Source: Octopus vulgaris (Eukaryota). From it: DNA of 64,000 nt. The DNA is taken from the NCBI GenBank assembly GCA_951406725.2, contig OX597818.1, forward strand, positions 77,934,001 through 77,998,000. Direction: 5' to 3'. Under the pieces are notes generated by a model. The model was given only the letters and a program-made list of their open reading frames with translations. It was not told where the DNA came from and searched no databases. The translations under genes and the position numbers were made by a program. Shown piece by piece: positions 25,036 to 38,724 of the stretch (the first letter of the stretch is position 1; each line of letters starts with the position of its first letter).

Positions 25036-26032
25036 TTATATACACGCTAATAAGAATGTTTTTAATGTGGCATACTGCTAGAATTTGAACACAAAATGAT
25101 GGAATTAAATACCATTAAGCATTTAGTTTCGTGCTGTACAGTTTTTTTTTTTGTTTTTGCTTTCTCATTTCCTGTACACTAGTTGTCAAAATAAGCAGAC
25201 GAGATCGAAATTGGGCTAAAATTCCTGAAATGAAAACTATCTCAATTTCTCCACCGACACCCTAAAATATACATCACAACGATTTTTTCTAATAGAAACA
25301 ACAACAAACCCCACAAGTAAAGTGCACTTATATAATTTTGTTTCTATTTTCTGATATTGTTTGTCATAACTCTCCACTCGCTAGAAAGAGAGAGAACATC
25401 TGGCTTCGAGATATAAAATGTTGGTGTTTATTCATCAGCCATCTTGTTTACAAAGCTGTCTTTGTGGTCAATGACTTAAGAATGTTATCTCGTTCAGTCT
25501 GCTGATAAAAAGATGCTCTGTTTCCTACTCACTCCACGATCTTTACCCTCTATCTCGGTTCCGTTTGCAATTTATGTTACAGAGTTTTGGTTTAAGTTAT
25601 CATTCAACCGTGCTTTCCACGCATTGCACTTCGTGTCCACCACTTTCAGTTCTAACTAAATTATTTCCCTTGTTTTCAGTAAATTTTTTTTCTTCCCCCA
25701 TCCCTCCTTTCGTCACTTTTCTTTTTTCATCTTTTTCGCCTTTTCTTTTCTTTCTATTCACATCTTTTTCTTTCCTTTTCCCCCCAAACGTCTTTCTCTT
25801 TCTTTAATTCTTCACGTCTATTGGGAATTTGTTTGCCTTCAGTACACAAGTCCGTTTTTCAATGCAGCTTGGATTCAAGTTAGCCGTTGACTCATTGTAA
25901 GTGAACAAAACTAATGTTTTCTTATCTTCTTCATTGTTAAATTGATATAATTTCTTATGAAGGAACTCAATTGTTTTGTATTGTGATTTTATTAATATCT
26001 ATGTGCATTTCAATAATATTATTTATGATAAT

Positions 26033-28075
26033 AAGGCGGCTAGCAGAACCACTACAGCGAGAGCCCTCTGTATTTAGCTATGATTCTCTACGTTCTGAGT
26101 TCAAGTTTTACATTTGATACAGTAGTATTCATTACAGAAATTGAGAAAAGCTTATTCCAAATTTTGTTGAGGTCGATTTTACTTTTCATCCTTTTGGGGT
26201 CGCTAAAGTAAAGTGCTACTTGAATATACACCCCATCAACAAAATTTCATGTCTTGTGTCCATAGAAGAAAATGCTTAGCAGTACTTCGTCCGTCTTTAC
26301 GTTCTGAGTTCAAATTCCACGAAGGTTGACTTTACCTTTCATCTTTTTGGGATCGATAAATTAAATACCAGTTGAGCACAGGAGCGATGTAATCGACCTA
26401 GCCCCTACTCCGAAACTGCTGGTCTTGCGCCAAGATTTGAAACCATTATTATTATTAAGTTGGCGAGCTGGCAGAATCGTTAACACGCCGAACAAAATGC
26501 TTCGCAGCATTTCGTTCGCGTTCTGACTTCAAACGTACCGAGATTGATTTAACCTTTCTTCCTTTCGAGATCGATAAATTAAGTACCAGTCAAAAATGAT
26601 GGTCGATATAAACGACTAGCTCCCTCCCCAAAATTTCAGTCTTTGGTGCGTCTAGTAGAAAGGACTGTTATAAAGGCGGCAAGCTAGCTCTACACTTTCT
26701 GAGTTCAAATCCCGCTGAAGTCGACTTTTCCTTTCATTCTTTCAGGGTCTACAAAATAAAGTTCCAGTTGAGTACAAGTGTCGATGTAATCGATTTAGTC
26801 CGCCCATAAAATTGCTGGCCAAGTGACAAAATGTGATAAACCATTACTATTATTATTAAGGCGGCGAGCTGGCAGAAACGTTAGTATGCCGGGCGAAATG
26901 CGTAGCCGTATTTCGTCTGCTGTTACGTTCTGAGTTCAAATTCCGCCGAGGTCGACTTTGCCTTTCATCCTTTCGGGGTCGATAAATTAAGTACCAGTTA
27001 CGCACTTGGGTCGATATAATCGACTTAATCTCTTTTTCTGTCCTTGTTTGTCCCCTCTGTATTTAGCCCCTTGTGGGTAGTAAAGAAATATGTATTTCTT
27101 CTGGCTCCATAAGTTCAGTGTTCAAATCCCGCCGAGGTCAAATTTATCTTTCATTCTTTTGGCGTCGATAAAATAAAGTATCAGTCGAGTATTGGGGTTG
27201 ATTGTATCGACTGACCCACTCCCCTCAAAACTGGTCTTGTGCCTAAAATGGTAACAATGATTTTTATTACGTGCCGAAGGAATCGTTAGAGTGTCGAGGA
27301 AAATATAAAGTGGCATTTCTTCTGTCTCTTTACGTTCTGAGTTCAAATACCACCGTGATCGACTTCGCTGTTCATCCTTTCGGGGTTCATTAAATTAGTA
27401 CCAGTTGGGCATTGGGTTCGAAGTGCGCTTTATTTTTCATCTTTTCCAGTAAGTTCATGTGATAAACTAACGCCTCATACAAATTTCAGATCTTTGTGCC
27501 TGTGTTATGAATAGCTATTATTATTATTATTATTTTTTTCATTTACTATAGGCACAAAGGGTTGGAATTTTGGGGGAGGGAGCGAGTCGATTACATCGAT
27601 TCACTCTCTCGATGCTTAAATGGTATTTATTTTTCAACCTCGAACGGTTGGAAGACAAAGTCGAGCTCGGCGGAATTTGAACTCGGAATATAAAGGCAAA
27701 CGAATTGTTGCTAAGCATTTTGCTCAGATCATGAAGGTAAATTAAACGCCAGTTGAGTACTGGGTTCAGTTAATCGACTTGCCTCTGAGCCTTAAATTTC
27801 AGGCCTTGTACTCATAGTAGAAAGAATTAATATTATTATTGTTTCAGTACTTTAGGGCGATAGACTGGCAGAAACGTTAACTTGTTGGATAAAACACTTT
27901 GCAGTATTGTTGCGGTTCCCTTCTCTCTGAGTTGAAATCCTGTCGCGGTCGGCTTTATTTTTCTTCTTTTCAGAGTCGATAAAATAAAGTACCAGCCATG
28001 TACTGAAGTCGATTTAACAGTCTATCTCCCTCCCTCAAATTTTTGGTCTTGTGACTGTGTCAGAAGTAATTATTT
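26033..28075 (+). mobile_element. Tandem array of about 9-10 SINE family A copies or fragments (one inverted at about 27540-27725)
   Basis: Repeated GAGTTCAAA/GTCGAC-TTTCATCC motifs separated by short (ATT)n; best-preserved copy 26858-27260. Confidence 0.88.
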
Positions 28076-28929
28076 CAGTACTCTTATTTTCATAGTGTGC
28101 TTTCACTGCGCAACCGAAGATTGTTCTGAGTGCATTGGGTATGTGCGGTATTTTATTTTGTTGCATTGAAGATATGCTATGTAATGCGAGCAGTGCCCAT
28201 TAATATTAATTTGTGTGATGTGTATATTTGTAACCCCCGAGGCTTTGGTTACGCATTTCTCCGCATTGTTTTTATCGTTCCTAAATCATATTTTAGAGCT
28301 TATTTCTAATTTGAATATTCATATTCTATTTTAATCCAGTTACGTTTATTTCCATTTCTATATATTTAGATACTTTCTAAATTTCCCTTTAATGATACGT
28401 TATGTGTACAATACCTCCTACACACACCAATCCTTTTTAAATGCTTCAACAACAAACGCATTACGTGCACCAGTCTAAACCATGTTGATAACTAAAAGCA
28501 AAGCGACAAAAGATTAGCTACATGTAAACGCCTTTACTGTCCAACATTATCATCGTCAAATCAATTACCGTGTAAACTAAGGGAGATATTTCTGCTGCAT
28601 CTTGCATATCATTGTCTGGTACTTTAATCTGATATTTCCTCTCCTAATTGTCCTTTATGAGATACAGTCATCTTGCAAATACCTCCCTGTCTGTGTGAAC
28701 TGGATCCTGGGAAGGTCTTTCGCAGACAGTTTATTTTAAATATTTACACCTTTAGATTATTAACATATTCGAAATTGCCATCCATAAAATTTTCTCTCCT
28801 TAAATCCTTCTTGTATTTCCATTTGTTCGTATTTTGTCCCAGGTATGACTTTAAACTACATTCGACAGTGTAACTTTAGTTTTGGAGTTCCAGGGTTTTG
28901 AGTTGTGTGGAACTGCCTCTTAGCTATTG

Positions 28930-29640
28930 TCGTTCCCAGGTGTATTCTGACCCGGACTAGTAGCACTTGTCAAGATCACAGCCATGGGTTAAATAGCATG
29001 TATCCCAAGCCATGGTATGTTGAAATCATGGTGAACTATTTCTGCAGATGAACTTATTGAATCAATGGCGAATATCGTTTGATGCTGGGCGAATGAACAG
29101 ACATCATTTTAGTCACTGAACTACTGCTATCATCTGTTGTCGTGCCGTGCGGAGATGAGATATTTCAGCCAGCGAAAGACTATTGCAACTAAAACCCAGG
29201 CCAGGCATCCACGCATCACAGTTCGATCGGGACGTTTGGATTGGAAGAGTTAGTGGTCCGAGGAAGTATCCCGATTTGGATGATTGGATTCATATTTTTC
29301 TTTGTGTTCTCTTTTTTTTTATTAGTCACTACTCTGTAGATATGCTAAAATTTATTTTTGCTATTGTTCGACATATATTTTTTGAACTCAACATGTCTAT
29401 GAAGAAGTTTTCTCTCAGGCATAAATCACAGCATCATGCCTTTTAATGGTGTATATACGACTTTATTATACCCCGACAAGCCTTCTGCAATATCAGTGAA
29501 TATATTATCCACTGTTTCCTATGTATCGGAGGGAACAGCTTTGGTTTAGGCATATGACAAGCAGTTATATGTCATCAACAAAGTCCGGAAAGAGCTAAGT
29601 GTATCTGACGTTCTTGTGAGTCTTATTTTTGCCTCGCTCC
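28930..29640 (-). mobile_element. Very degenerate LINE remnant, possibly RTE-like
   Basis: Minus-strand DFVDDI at about 29570-29587 resembles the RTE DFADDI motif; little else is readable. Confidence 0.35.
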
Positions 29641-29664
29641 GATATATATATATATATATATATC

Positions 29665-29887
29665 TTTATCTTTCTTCTTTATCTTTTACTTGTTTCAGTC
29701 ATTTGACTGCGGCCATGCTGGACCACCGCCTTTAGTCGAGCAAATCGACCCCGGGACTTATTCTTTGTAAGCCCAGTACTTATTCTATCGGTCTCTTTTG
29801 CCGAACCGCTAAGTGACGGGGACGTAAACACACCAGCATCGGTTGTCAAGCAATGCTAGGGGGACAAACACACAAACACACACACAT

Positions 29888-29918
<31 letters not shown>

Positions 29919-30087
29919 CATATATACGACAGGCTTCTTTCAGTTTCCGTCTACCAAATCCACTCACAAGGCATTGGTCGGCCCGGGGCTATAGCAGAAG
30001 ACACTTGCCCAAGATGCCACGCAGTGGGACTGAACCCGGAGCCATGTGGTTGGTTAGCAAGCTACTTACCACATAGCCGCTCCTGCG

Positions 30088-30090
<3 letters not shown>
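29665..30090 (-). mobile_element. SINE family B, full length
   Basis: Reverse complement of 33470-33880; close to 61020-61428. Confidence 0.92.
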
Positions 30091-30136
<46 letters not shown>

Positions 30137-30138
<2 letters not shown>

Positions 30139-30493
30139 AGACAAAGGATGTTATTTTAAAAAAAATCAGCCTAACCATGTATCTCAACAGCAACAAAGTA
30201 TTAGCTCTTATTTTAATACAGTGTACATTAAAAATTATTTCTCTTTCACTTAGAGTATTTTTAAACCTACCTTAATGACACTGTAAACTATATATATATA
30301 TATATAGTTTACAGTGTCATATATATATATATATATATATAGTTTACAGTGTCATTAAGGTAGGTTTAAAAATACTCTAAGTGAAAGAGAAATAATTTTT
30401 AATGTACACTGTATTAAAATAAGAGCTAATACTTTGTTGCTGTTGAGATACATGGTTAGGCTGATTTTTTTAAAAATAACATCCTTTGTCTCC
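30137..30493. repeat. 152-bp near-perfect inverted repeat around a (TA)n spacer
   Basis: 30137-30288 versus 30342-30493, one mismatch seen; extra 14-bp copy GTTTACAGTGTCAT at 30307-30320. Confidence 0.97.
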
Positions 30494-31004
30494 AAACAAT
30501 CTTCAAGCTCCGAGTCCAGAGCCTGAAGATAGTTTGAACACACACACACAATACAGGTACATTTTAAAGACTTCTTGGTTGTATTTTAGCTGCAATTCTT
30601 TCTTTCAATACCAGATACTTTTTGATTTAAAAATAAATGCTTTTATATTAATTATTCAGCTGATATTTAAAGTAATATTTAGACCAGAATTATTTTCTTT
30701 CCTGATATGATATTGTGACAGTCTCATTTTATTTAGATCACCATTATTTCATTGTTTGCTTCCATATTAGTTTCTAGCGATTCGAAGTTTTATACCCTTT
30801 ATTTTTCGTAGATTTTATGATTCAAATTCCAAGTGCGAACCCCTCTTTTAAACCTTTGGTCAAATGATAGGGTTATAATTTGTATTGTATTTTGGCTGAA
30901 GGAGATGGAATTTGGAGGCGATTTGACTTGTAGAGTTAGTCGCGCTGGGTAGTCCAGCCAGAAAATGTAATGATGCTTGTTTCTGATTCGACTCTATGAA
31001 GGAG

Positions 31005-31625
31005 GTGCTGGACTCAGTCCCAATGCATGGCACCTTGGGCAAGTGTCTTTTACTGTAGCCTCCGGGCCGCCTATAGTCTGGTGAGTGGGTTTGGTAAATG
31101 AAAACTGAAAGAAGTCCCTCGTGTGTGTGTGTGGTGTGTCTGTCTGTCTGTGTGTGTGAAGGCGCGTGGCTTAGCGGTTAGGGTATTGGCTCACGATCGT
31201 AAGTTGTGAGTTCGCTTCTCGGCGGTGCGTTGTGTTCTTGAGCAAGACATTTTATTTCACGTTGCTCCAGTCCTTTCAGCTGGCAAAAAGAGTGGTACCT
31301 GTAAAGCAAAGGGCCAGCCATGTCACATCATGTCATGCAGAATCTCCCTGAGAACTATGTTAAGGGTACGTGTGTCTGTGAAATGCGCGTTTATCTTATG
31401 AACCGGCTGTTTGATTCATCGTATCAACTGGAACACTCATCATCATAACCGATGGAGTGTTGGTTTGTTTACGTACCCGTAACTTAGCGATTCGGCAAAA
31501 TAGACCGTTAAAATAAGTGCAACGCTTTAAAAAATATAAGTGCTAGGGTCGATTCGTTTGACTAAATTCCTTGAAGGTGGTGACCCAGCATGGTCGCAGT
31601 TCAATGTCTGGAACAAGTAAAAGAT
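31005..31625 (+). mobile_element. SINE family B with a family C-related SINE (about 31158-31458) nested in its internal (TG)n
   Basis: B 5' part GGCACCTTGGGCAAGTGTC, then head GAAGGCGCGTGGCTTAGCGGTTAG, then B 3' part CCCGTAACTTAGCG...GTAAAAG. Confidence 0.8.
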
Positions 31626-33007
31626 TATAGATATTCCAACAATATATTAATTTCCCTATAAGGCGCAGGCATGGGCGTGTGGTTAAGAAGCTCGCTTTAC
31701 AATCGGGTGGTTTCTGGTTCAATATCACTGTGGGCAAGAAGGTTGACCAATGATCTGTTAGTATATTTAGTTGACAGAAACAGTGTGGAAGTCCTTCACC
31801 CTTTGGTAACCGGTATTGGTTTTTAATTAGCGGTTCGGCAAAAGAGAATCGATAGAATAAGTACCAGATTAAAAAAATTACAATGACAAGCAAAAAACAA
31901 AATGTGAAAGAGAAAAAGATATACAAAAAAAAAGAACATGCTAGGATTTTTACGTTCATGCCTTTATTAATGATATAAGTGGTTTTAATCAGCTGGCATT
32001 GTTGGTCCACCAACAGTTTACTTTTAACTGTTAAGATATTCGTTGCCTGAAACTTTGATGTATTACACAAGGTGCAGACATAATCCTTTTAGCAAATCTT
32101 TACCATGGCAAGCAACAGCAATGATCACTGCGTTTACCGCCTGCATGATCAATGATTGTTGGTCGTGGATTGTATTAATAACTTCATATAACTGTTTAAC
32201 CATAAAATTTGTGATATATATTTTAGCTAAACTAACGAGATTTGTGGGGTATGTTCTTTGGGGAGTCAGATGTCATTTTGGGAGGCTACGGTTATGACTA
32301 ATTTAGTGTCTGTAGTTCTTTATATTAGGGAGACGTTGGTTTATCAATCACCTCCATTATCATCATCATCGTTCACAAACAACTTACCTCCATCTCTTCC
32401 ACCACTACGACCGTGACAGCCACAAACATCGCCTAAAACAGTCACCACCTTATGACAACCACCGCCCAAACCTTACCATCACCACAATCAACACGAAGCA
32501 GATCAGTGTTAGTGCGTATCTGCCATGACATATTTCGATGTGATAATGATAATAATAATAATAACAACAATAATAATCGTGTTTTAATGTTATATGTATA
32601 TAGTCAGCTCTCTCATGTCGAGAAGTTCAATGAAATCCAATTAAACTCCAACCAAATCTCTTAAACTGCTTGTAATAATCGGTTAAATCGTGTGCAATGA
32701 CGTGACATAATAGGACAATGATAATCTCTGTGTTTATACTGTTGTTTTCTCTCTAAGCTCTTTAATTGCGATAATAATCGATCACCGACTTTAATAGTCA
32801 TTTGTTATTATCATTTTTACTCTTCTTTTTTTGTTGGAACTTCTAGTGTCATACATAAGAAGCGGGCTCGCTACCTGCATCGTACGGCACCATGCTATTA
32901 GTTGCTATTATTTAAAAAGATGGGGAAATGACGAGAAAAGAGGAAAAAGAAACATGCATAAAAATGAACGCATAATATTAAAGTGATTCGCTTTATTCCT
33001 TGTATGC

Positions 33008-33062
<55 letters not shown>

Positions 33063-33469
33063 CCTGTACCTCCCTCTCTTTCTCTCTCTTACTCACGTTC
33101 CCTCTTCCACCTATTCTCTCTCTCTCTCTCTCTCCATATATACAGCGTGTGTGTGTGTGTGTGTGTGGTGCGCGACAATTTTACCGTTCAAGTTTCAGCT
33201 CTTACTCTTAACCATGTGAGGCTCCCACCGGTGCATGATCAGACAGGATTCCATAAGGTATGAAGAGGGTTAGAACATAATATAAAGAAAGCATCAATAA
33301 CTAGAAAAAAGAACATGGGCTTGAACTTGGTATTTCTTCGTTACGTCAGTTATATGTTTCAATATTCGGTAATATATATCACTATAAATGTAATTCACAC
33401 ATGCACATAAGTGCAGCGTGCATAATGAAGCCAACACTCCAAAATGGTGGCATATTATAACAAATTCTA

Positions 33470-33626
33470 AGTGGCTGTGTGGTAAGTAGCTTGCATACCA
33501 ACCACATGGTTCCGGGTTCAGTCCCACTGCGTGGCACCTTGAGCAAGTGTCTTCTACTATAGCCTCTGACCGACCAAAGCCTTGTGAGTGGATTTGTTAG
33601 ACGGAAACTGAAAGAAGCCCGTCGTG

Positions 33627-33669
<43 letters not shown>

Positions 33670-33880
33670 ATGTTTGTGTGTCTGTGTTTGTCCCCCCAAC
33701 ATCGCTTGACAACCGATGCTGGTGTGTTTACGTCCTCGTAACTTAGCGGTTCAGCAAAAAGAGACCGATAGAATAAGTACCAGGCTTACAAAGAGCCTTG
33801 GAGTCGATTTGCTCGACTAAAGGCGGTGGTCCAGCATGGCCGCAGTCAAATGACTGAAACAAATAAAAGAAAAACAAAAG
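33470..33880 (+). mobile_element. SINE family B, near full length
   Basis: GTGGCTGTGTGGTAAG A-box-like, GGGTTCAGTCCC B-box-like, GGCACCTTGAGCAAGTGTC CORE-like, internal TA/TG tract. Confidence 0.92.
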
Positions 33881-34986
33881 AAAAGAAAAAAAGGCTTAGT
33901 CTCATACGACTTACTATTTCAATAAAGAAATATGTTTGCTTAATTTTATGTAATATTTTTGTATGAAATTGTGGTTCTCCGTTTTGTTTTTTAAACAAAA
34001 TTATATAACAATTAAATGATTTTAGAAACTTTCTTAAATTGTTCTTCTGTTTCATGTTGTCGGTTGAATATGCAGTAACTCGATTAAGTCGTTTGATTAA
34101 TCGGTAAGGTGAAAAGGTGAATCTTCGTTACGATTCCTGAAGCTTTTACTTCTAATAAAATATACAAGCTTTATTTGTTCATCCTGTGTGTTTGTTTACA
34201 GAGCAAATATTCATCCACTGTATGTGTGTGTGTATGTATATAAAATGTGTGTGTCTATGTGTGCGCGTATATTTAAGAATAACGACGCAACCTTGATATT
34301 TAGAAAGGAGACAACTTTACTGGAAAATTCGTGTTGACTGGGACTATAATTTTCGCTTGACTGCTTGAATAAGTTGTCAGGCGATACTTAGAGATCCAGT
34401 CGGCACAAATTTACACACACACACGCGCACGCACTCACTCACTCACTCACTCACTCACTCACTCAACTTAGGGAGTCATGAGTTGGATTGTTCTGAATAA
34501 GTAAATTTCATACTAAGTTTACTTCTTTCACTCTTTCTCTCTCTTTTTACACTGTTAATGAATTAGGAACAGAAATGACTTCATTATATAAGTTTCTTAT
34601 GTCCCCTTCTTTTGTAAAGTTAAAAAATTTAATTGTATGCAATGTTTAATAGACACTAGATTCCTAACCCCCATCATACTGATGACATCCAAACAGATGG
34701 AAATAACAGCTACATAGAAATGTTAAGGACTCTATGATTAACAGAAAATTAAAAGAGAGGCATAAAGATAATATACAAGAAGTATTTCACTTCAATAAAA
34801 TAATATAGTTTCCTGTATATGTTAATATGAGCATATTACTCTGGTTATATTTTACAAATTTCTTCCCAAAAGAGAAAAGCTGGTCTCTAAATCAGAAAAA
34901 AAAGTAGCTTCTTTTTTTTATTGTAATTTAGGCAATACTAATTAGATAGGCTGCGTATGTAGTTTGTCTTTATATATGCATACTTG

Positions 34987-35205
34987 AAGGCGGCGAGCTG
35001 GCAGAAACGTTAGCGCGCTGGGTGAAATGCTTAGCGATATTCCGTTTGCCGCTACGTTCTGAGTTCAAATTCTGCCGAGGTTGACTTTGCCTTTCATCAT
35101 TTCGGGGTCGATTAAATAAGTACGAGTTACGCACTGGGGTCGATATTATCGACTTAATCCGTTTGTCTGTCCTTCTTTGACCCCTCTGTGTTTAGCCCCT
35201 TGTGA
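34987..35205 (+). mobile_element. SINE family A, monomer
   Basis: AAGGCGGCGAGCTGGCAGAAACG head plus central domain. Confidence 0.88.
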
Positions 35206-37724
35206 CGTCTGTGTGAATATAACTAGAATTTCTGTCTTATAAATATAAGCAGTTTTCTAGTGTGATTATATTTTCCCTTATAAAATGTCAGTAAATAATT
35301 GGGAGGTACTTTCTAACCCTGAATGTCTTTGGCATGTCATATTAATTAATGTTACACATACGAGATTGTCATGTAAGATCATCATCGCCTTTAAGGCCGA
35401 TCGTTTTAGATAACCGTAGGGGTTTTCAAGGAGTTTTAGTTGTGTGAATGTGTGTCTGTGTGTGTGTGTGTAGAAAGAGAGAGGAAGTTAGATAGAAAGA
35501 GATGGAGAGAGGGTATTAAGTTGTTTCATTTATATTGTGTAAGCCCATTGAAAGAGATTAAGTTAGTTGTCATATCACTATTGGAAGACGTCTTCAAGGT
35601 CGCTGATTGTTAAAAATAGTGTATATGACTAGTGTGAGGTGTCCAGGTTGCGTGATATTGGCAACTGCATATGCGAAGTTTGAGAAGAAAGCAGTGAGCA
35701 CCGTGAAATTGAGTTAATCCTCCTATACTTTTGATGCGTGTGCAAATGTAAACGTCATATTTTAAGTATAATTATACCTTTGAACAATAACCTCAACCAA
35801 CATTTTCTCTCGGAAGAGAAATCTACTGTATCGATTGATGATAGCTGACTGACTGCAGCTAACAGAACTTTCAAGATATACATTTAATTTGTAAATTCAC
35901 AGAATCTTTATTGTTTTGTTAGTACCGTTTGAGGTTATTCTAATTTTCTACTCAGATATAGTTTTGCCCGTTATTGACGAAAATCATACTCGTTTTTGGT
36001 GGAAATTAATAAAGACATTACTAATCTATTAAAGTTTGAAATTTTAGCCAATAGGAAACTTCCAATATCGATGTACCGAAAATCGCATTTGTCTGTTTCC
36101 ATAGCCAGGTATTTGAACCAGTGCAAGCGGTAGGCTAGGGGTTTAAGTTTAGGATTTAGGGCTAGGGTTATGGTCCTTAAGAATTTGGTGACTTCTTGCA
36201 AAAATTGAGTACTTAGCAGAATTTCACTGACACTGATTTGTTTTCTATCTTTCATTTTGGAAGTTTTCATTACATTTCTCCTTTCATATTTCAAGGTTAT
36301 ATAACCTTTTCATTTTATTTCACTAAACCTTTTTCCCATCTTTAAAGGGGTTCCGTAATGTTTTTAATTTTCCTTTATTAAATTCTTTTTATGCATAAAA
36401 AATATTTCAAAAAAATATTTCTCAATCTATTCATTTTTTTATGGTCAACACACAGAAATTATGACTTTCGATTATGGAAACTTCCGATTGGTTTTGTAAA
36501 CGTTTACTTAATCATTAAAGCGAGTTTCGCTGTTAGCATGCAAAACTACTACAGAGTAGAAAATTAGAACAAAATTGAACGGTGCAAACTAAACTGTAAA
36601 GATCCAGTTCACCTTTGTGATATGTACCACATTTGAATGTATTAAGCATTTAGAGTTTATTAAAGCTGTGATTTAGTAAACCTAATAACTAAAGGTATTT
36701 CACCTGTGATCATCCTATATTTTATTCAGAAACAGTGTAACTAAGACTGTATGAATGTTCATTTCTTTTAAAACTTTTGGATGGGATTTACAAGGTTTAA
36801 ATGTTCAATTTCTAATAGATCGGTCAACTTAACAGAGAATTCTTCGTAGGCTAGAGGTTGAGATTACAGATAAAAATACACAGGTTGGCATCATAAATTC
36901 AAATGTCAGCTCTACCATACCATTGTATATAAATAATCTGTATACAATATACGTTGCCTATGTTTCTTTTCTCGTTTTTCCTTAGCCATTTACATCAGTT
37001 AAAGGTCCAAAGCATCAACGAAACTATTAATATATCGCCTTTTCCGACATACTAGCGATATTGTCCTTTTTGTATTAGCTACAATGCTGTTAGTTTTTCC
37101 ATCTGTTTCTAGTAAACTAAAGAAATAAATAATTGTTTGAGCCCACCACAGTAATCTGCCCGATCACACATCAGTTGTGTTCACCCTTTCTCACAGCTGT
37201 GTTGTGTGCATCACTACATTCTTCTACTTTCCATGACAACTTATATTTGTATACATGAATGATGGGCAAATCACATCCTATACGATTTGTATCGCAATGT
37301 CTTTCCGAATCCTAATCCTCATTGAAATACTGTGACTGTTGGGGCTATTATTCATCTTTAATATACAAAGAACACTAAGGAGTTTCTCTCAGGATTCTCA
37401 ACCATAGAATTCTATTTGAACGAGTCGAGGAGTCAATGCTATTTGTTGATTGAATCGACCTAATACTTGGATTTGACTGCTACTTTATCTAATCGACCCC
37501 GTAAAGATGAAAGGGAAATGCAGCCGCAGTGGGATTTGAACTAAGTAAATGTCCCGAGATATTGTGTCCAACGTTTGAACACTTCTTCCAATCGCATATA
37601 TGGTGCTAGTTAAAGGTTACCACAGGATGCCCAAGGTCACTACATGGCACCTATTTTATTCATCTGTAAGCTATATGTTTTAGATAGTACATTTTGAACG
37701 CTGAAAGTGCGTGACCTACTGATA

Positions 37725-37850
37725 AGCGTGTTGCTTATCACTAAGCTCTCACGGTCGTAAGATCGTTGTTTCGATTCCTGGATCGGGCAATGCATTGTGT
37801 TCTCGAGTAAAACACTGTATTTCACGTTGCTCCAGTTCACTTAACTGTAA
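37725..37850 (+). mobile_element. SINE family C 5' fragment
   Basis: CACGGTCGTAAGATCG...TTCGATTCCTGG...TATTTCACGTTGCTCCAGTTCAC. Confidence 0.7.
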
Positions 37851-37988
37851 AGGAGTTTCAGTAATAGATGGGAGACGGACCGGCGGCCCTTTCAGAGAAT
37901 AGTGTTGTAATCTCAGTCATTTCTATACCACGGAGACCGGGGGAAGCTCCGGCCTTATAAATCTTAGGGCTCCAAGTCATACTTTGCA

Positions 37989-38146
37989 GTGTAATGGACT
38001 TATCCCACGAAAGTAAGGTGTCGTAATGGACTGATCTCGCGAGAATCTGGAGTCGCAATGGGCTGATATCTCGAGAACGAGATGCCATATAGACTTGTCT
38101 TGTGAAAATCATGCATCGTAATGGTCTGATCTCGCGAGAATTGAGA
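37989..38146. repeat. Five-unit 31-32-bp minisatellite, consensus GTCGTAATGGACTGATCTCGCGAGAATnnnnn
   Basis: Units start at about 37989, 38020, 38052, 38084 and 38115; perfect TCTCGCGAGA in units 2 and 5. Confidence 0.85.
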
Positions 38147-38724
38147 GAATAAAAGCGTAGAATCAATCACTAGTGACATTCAGAATGTTTACCCTTCACT
38201 AACAAGACAATTCTCTAATGACTTGTTACTATATGCTAAGAATATAATATATGAAGATATTGTATAACTGAATAATACATATCAAGTGAATCTGAATAAT
38301 TTAATGAAATGGGTGAGTGAATGTTATCTTGCATTGGATTTCTCTCCGTAAATATTAACTGGTCAGATATGAATTGTTAAATTGCGATTATTAACTTGGA
38401 TTATCGTTTTTGATAGTTGATCGCTCTCGATTAATGTTTAAAGTCAATGGTATTAAGTATATGAAACTGCTATAATTAGTCAGTTGAAACATTTGTCAGG
38501 GATGTGATGACGTAAGTAGAGCCTAAAACCTAATCTTCAGTGATGCAATAATGCTTGTAATAATGGTAGGGTTAATGATGATGATAATTCTTTGATTATA
38601 TTTGTTACTAGGACCCAATTTATACATATAATAAAGCATGCATAAGTATTACAAATGACAAGAGAATGAATAATAGAAAAGATAAGGGAAGAGTTAAAAC
38701 GTCACAATTAAACGAAGAGATTCA

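Noticed and set aside
37989-38146. CRISPR-like periodic repeat
   Set aside because: Variable part is only about 5 bp, units are degenerate, no cas genes, eukaryotic context
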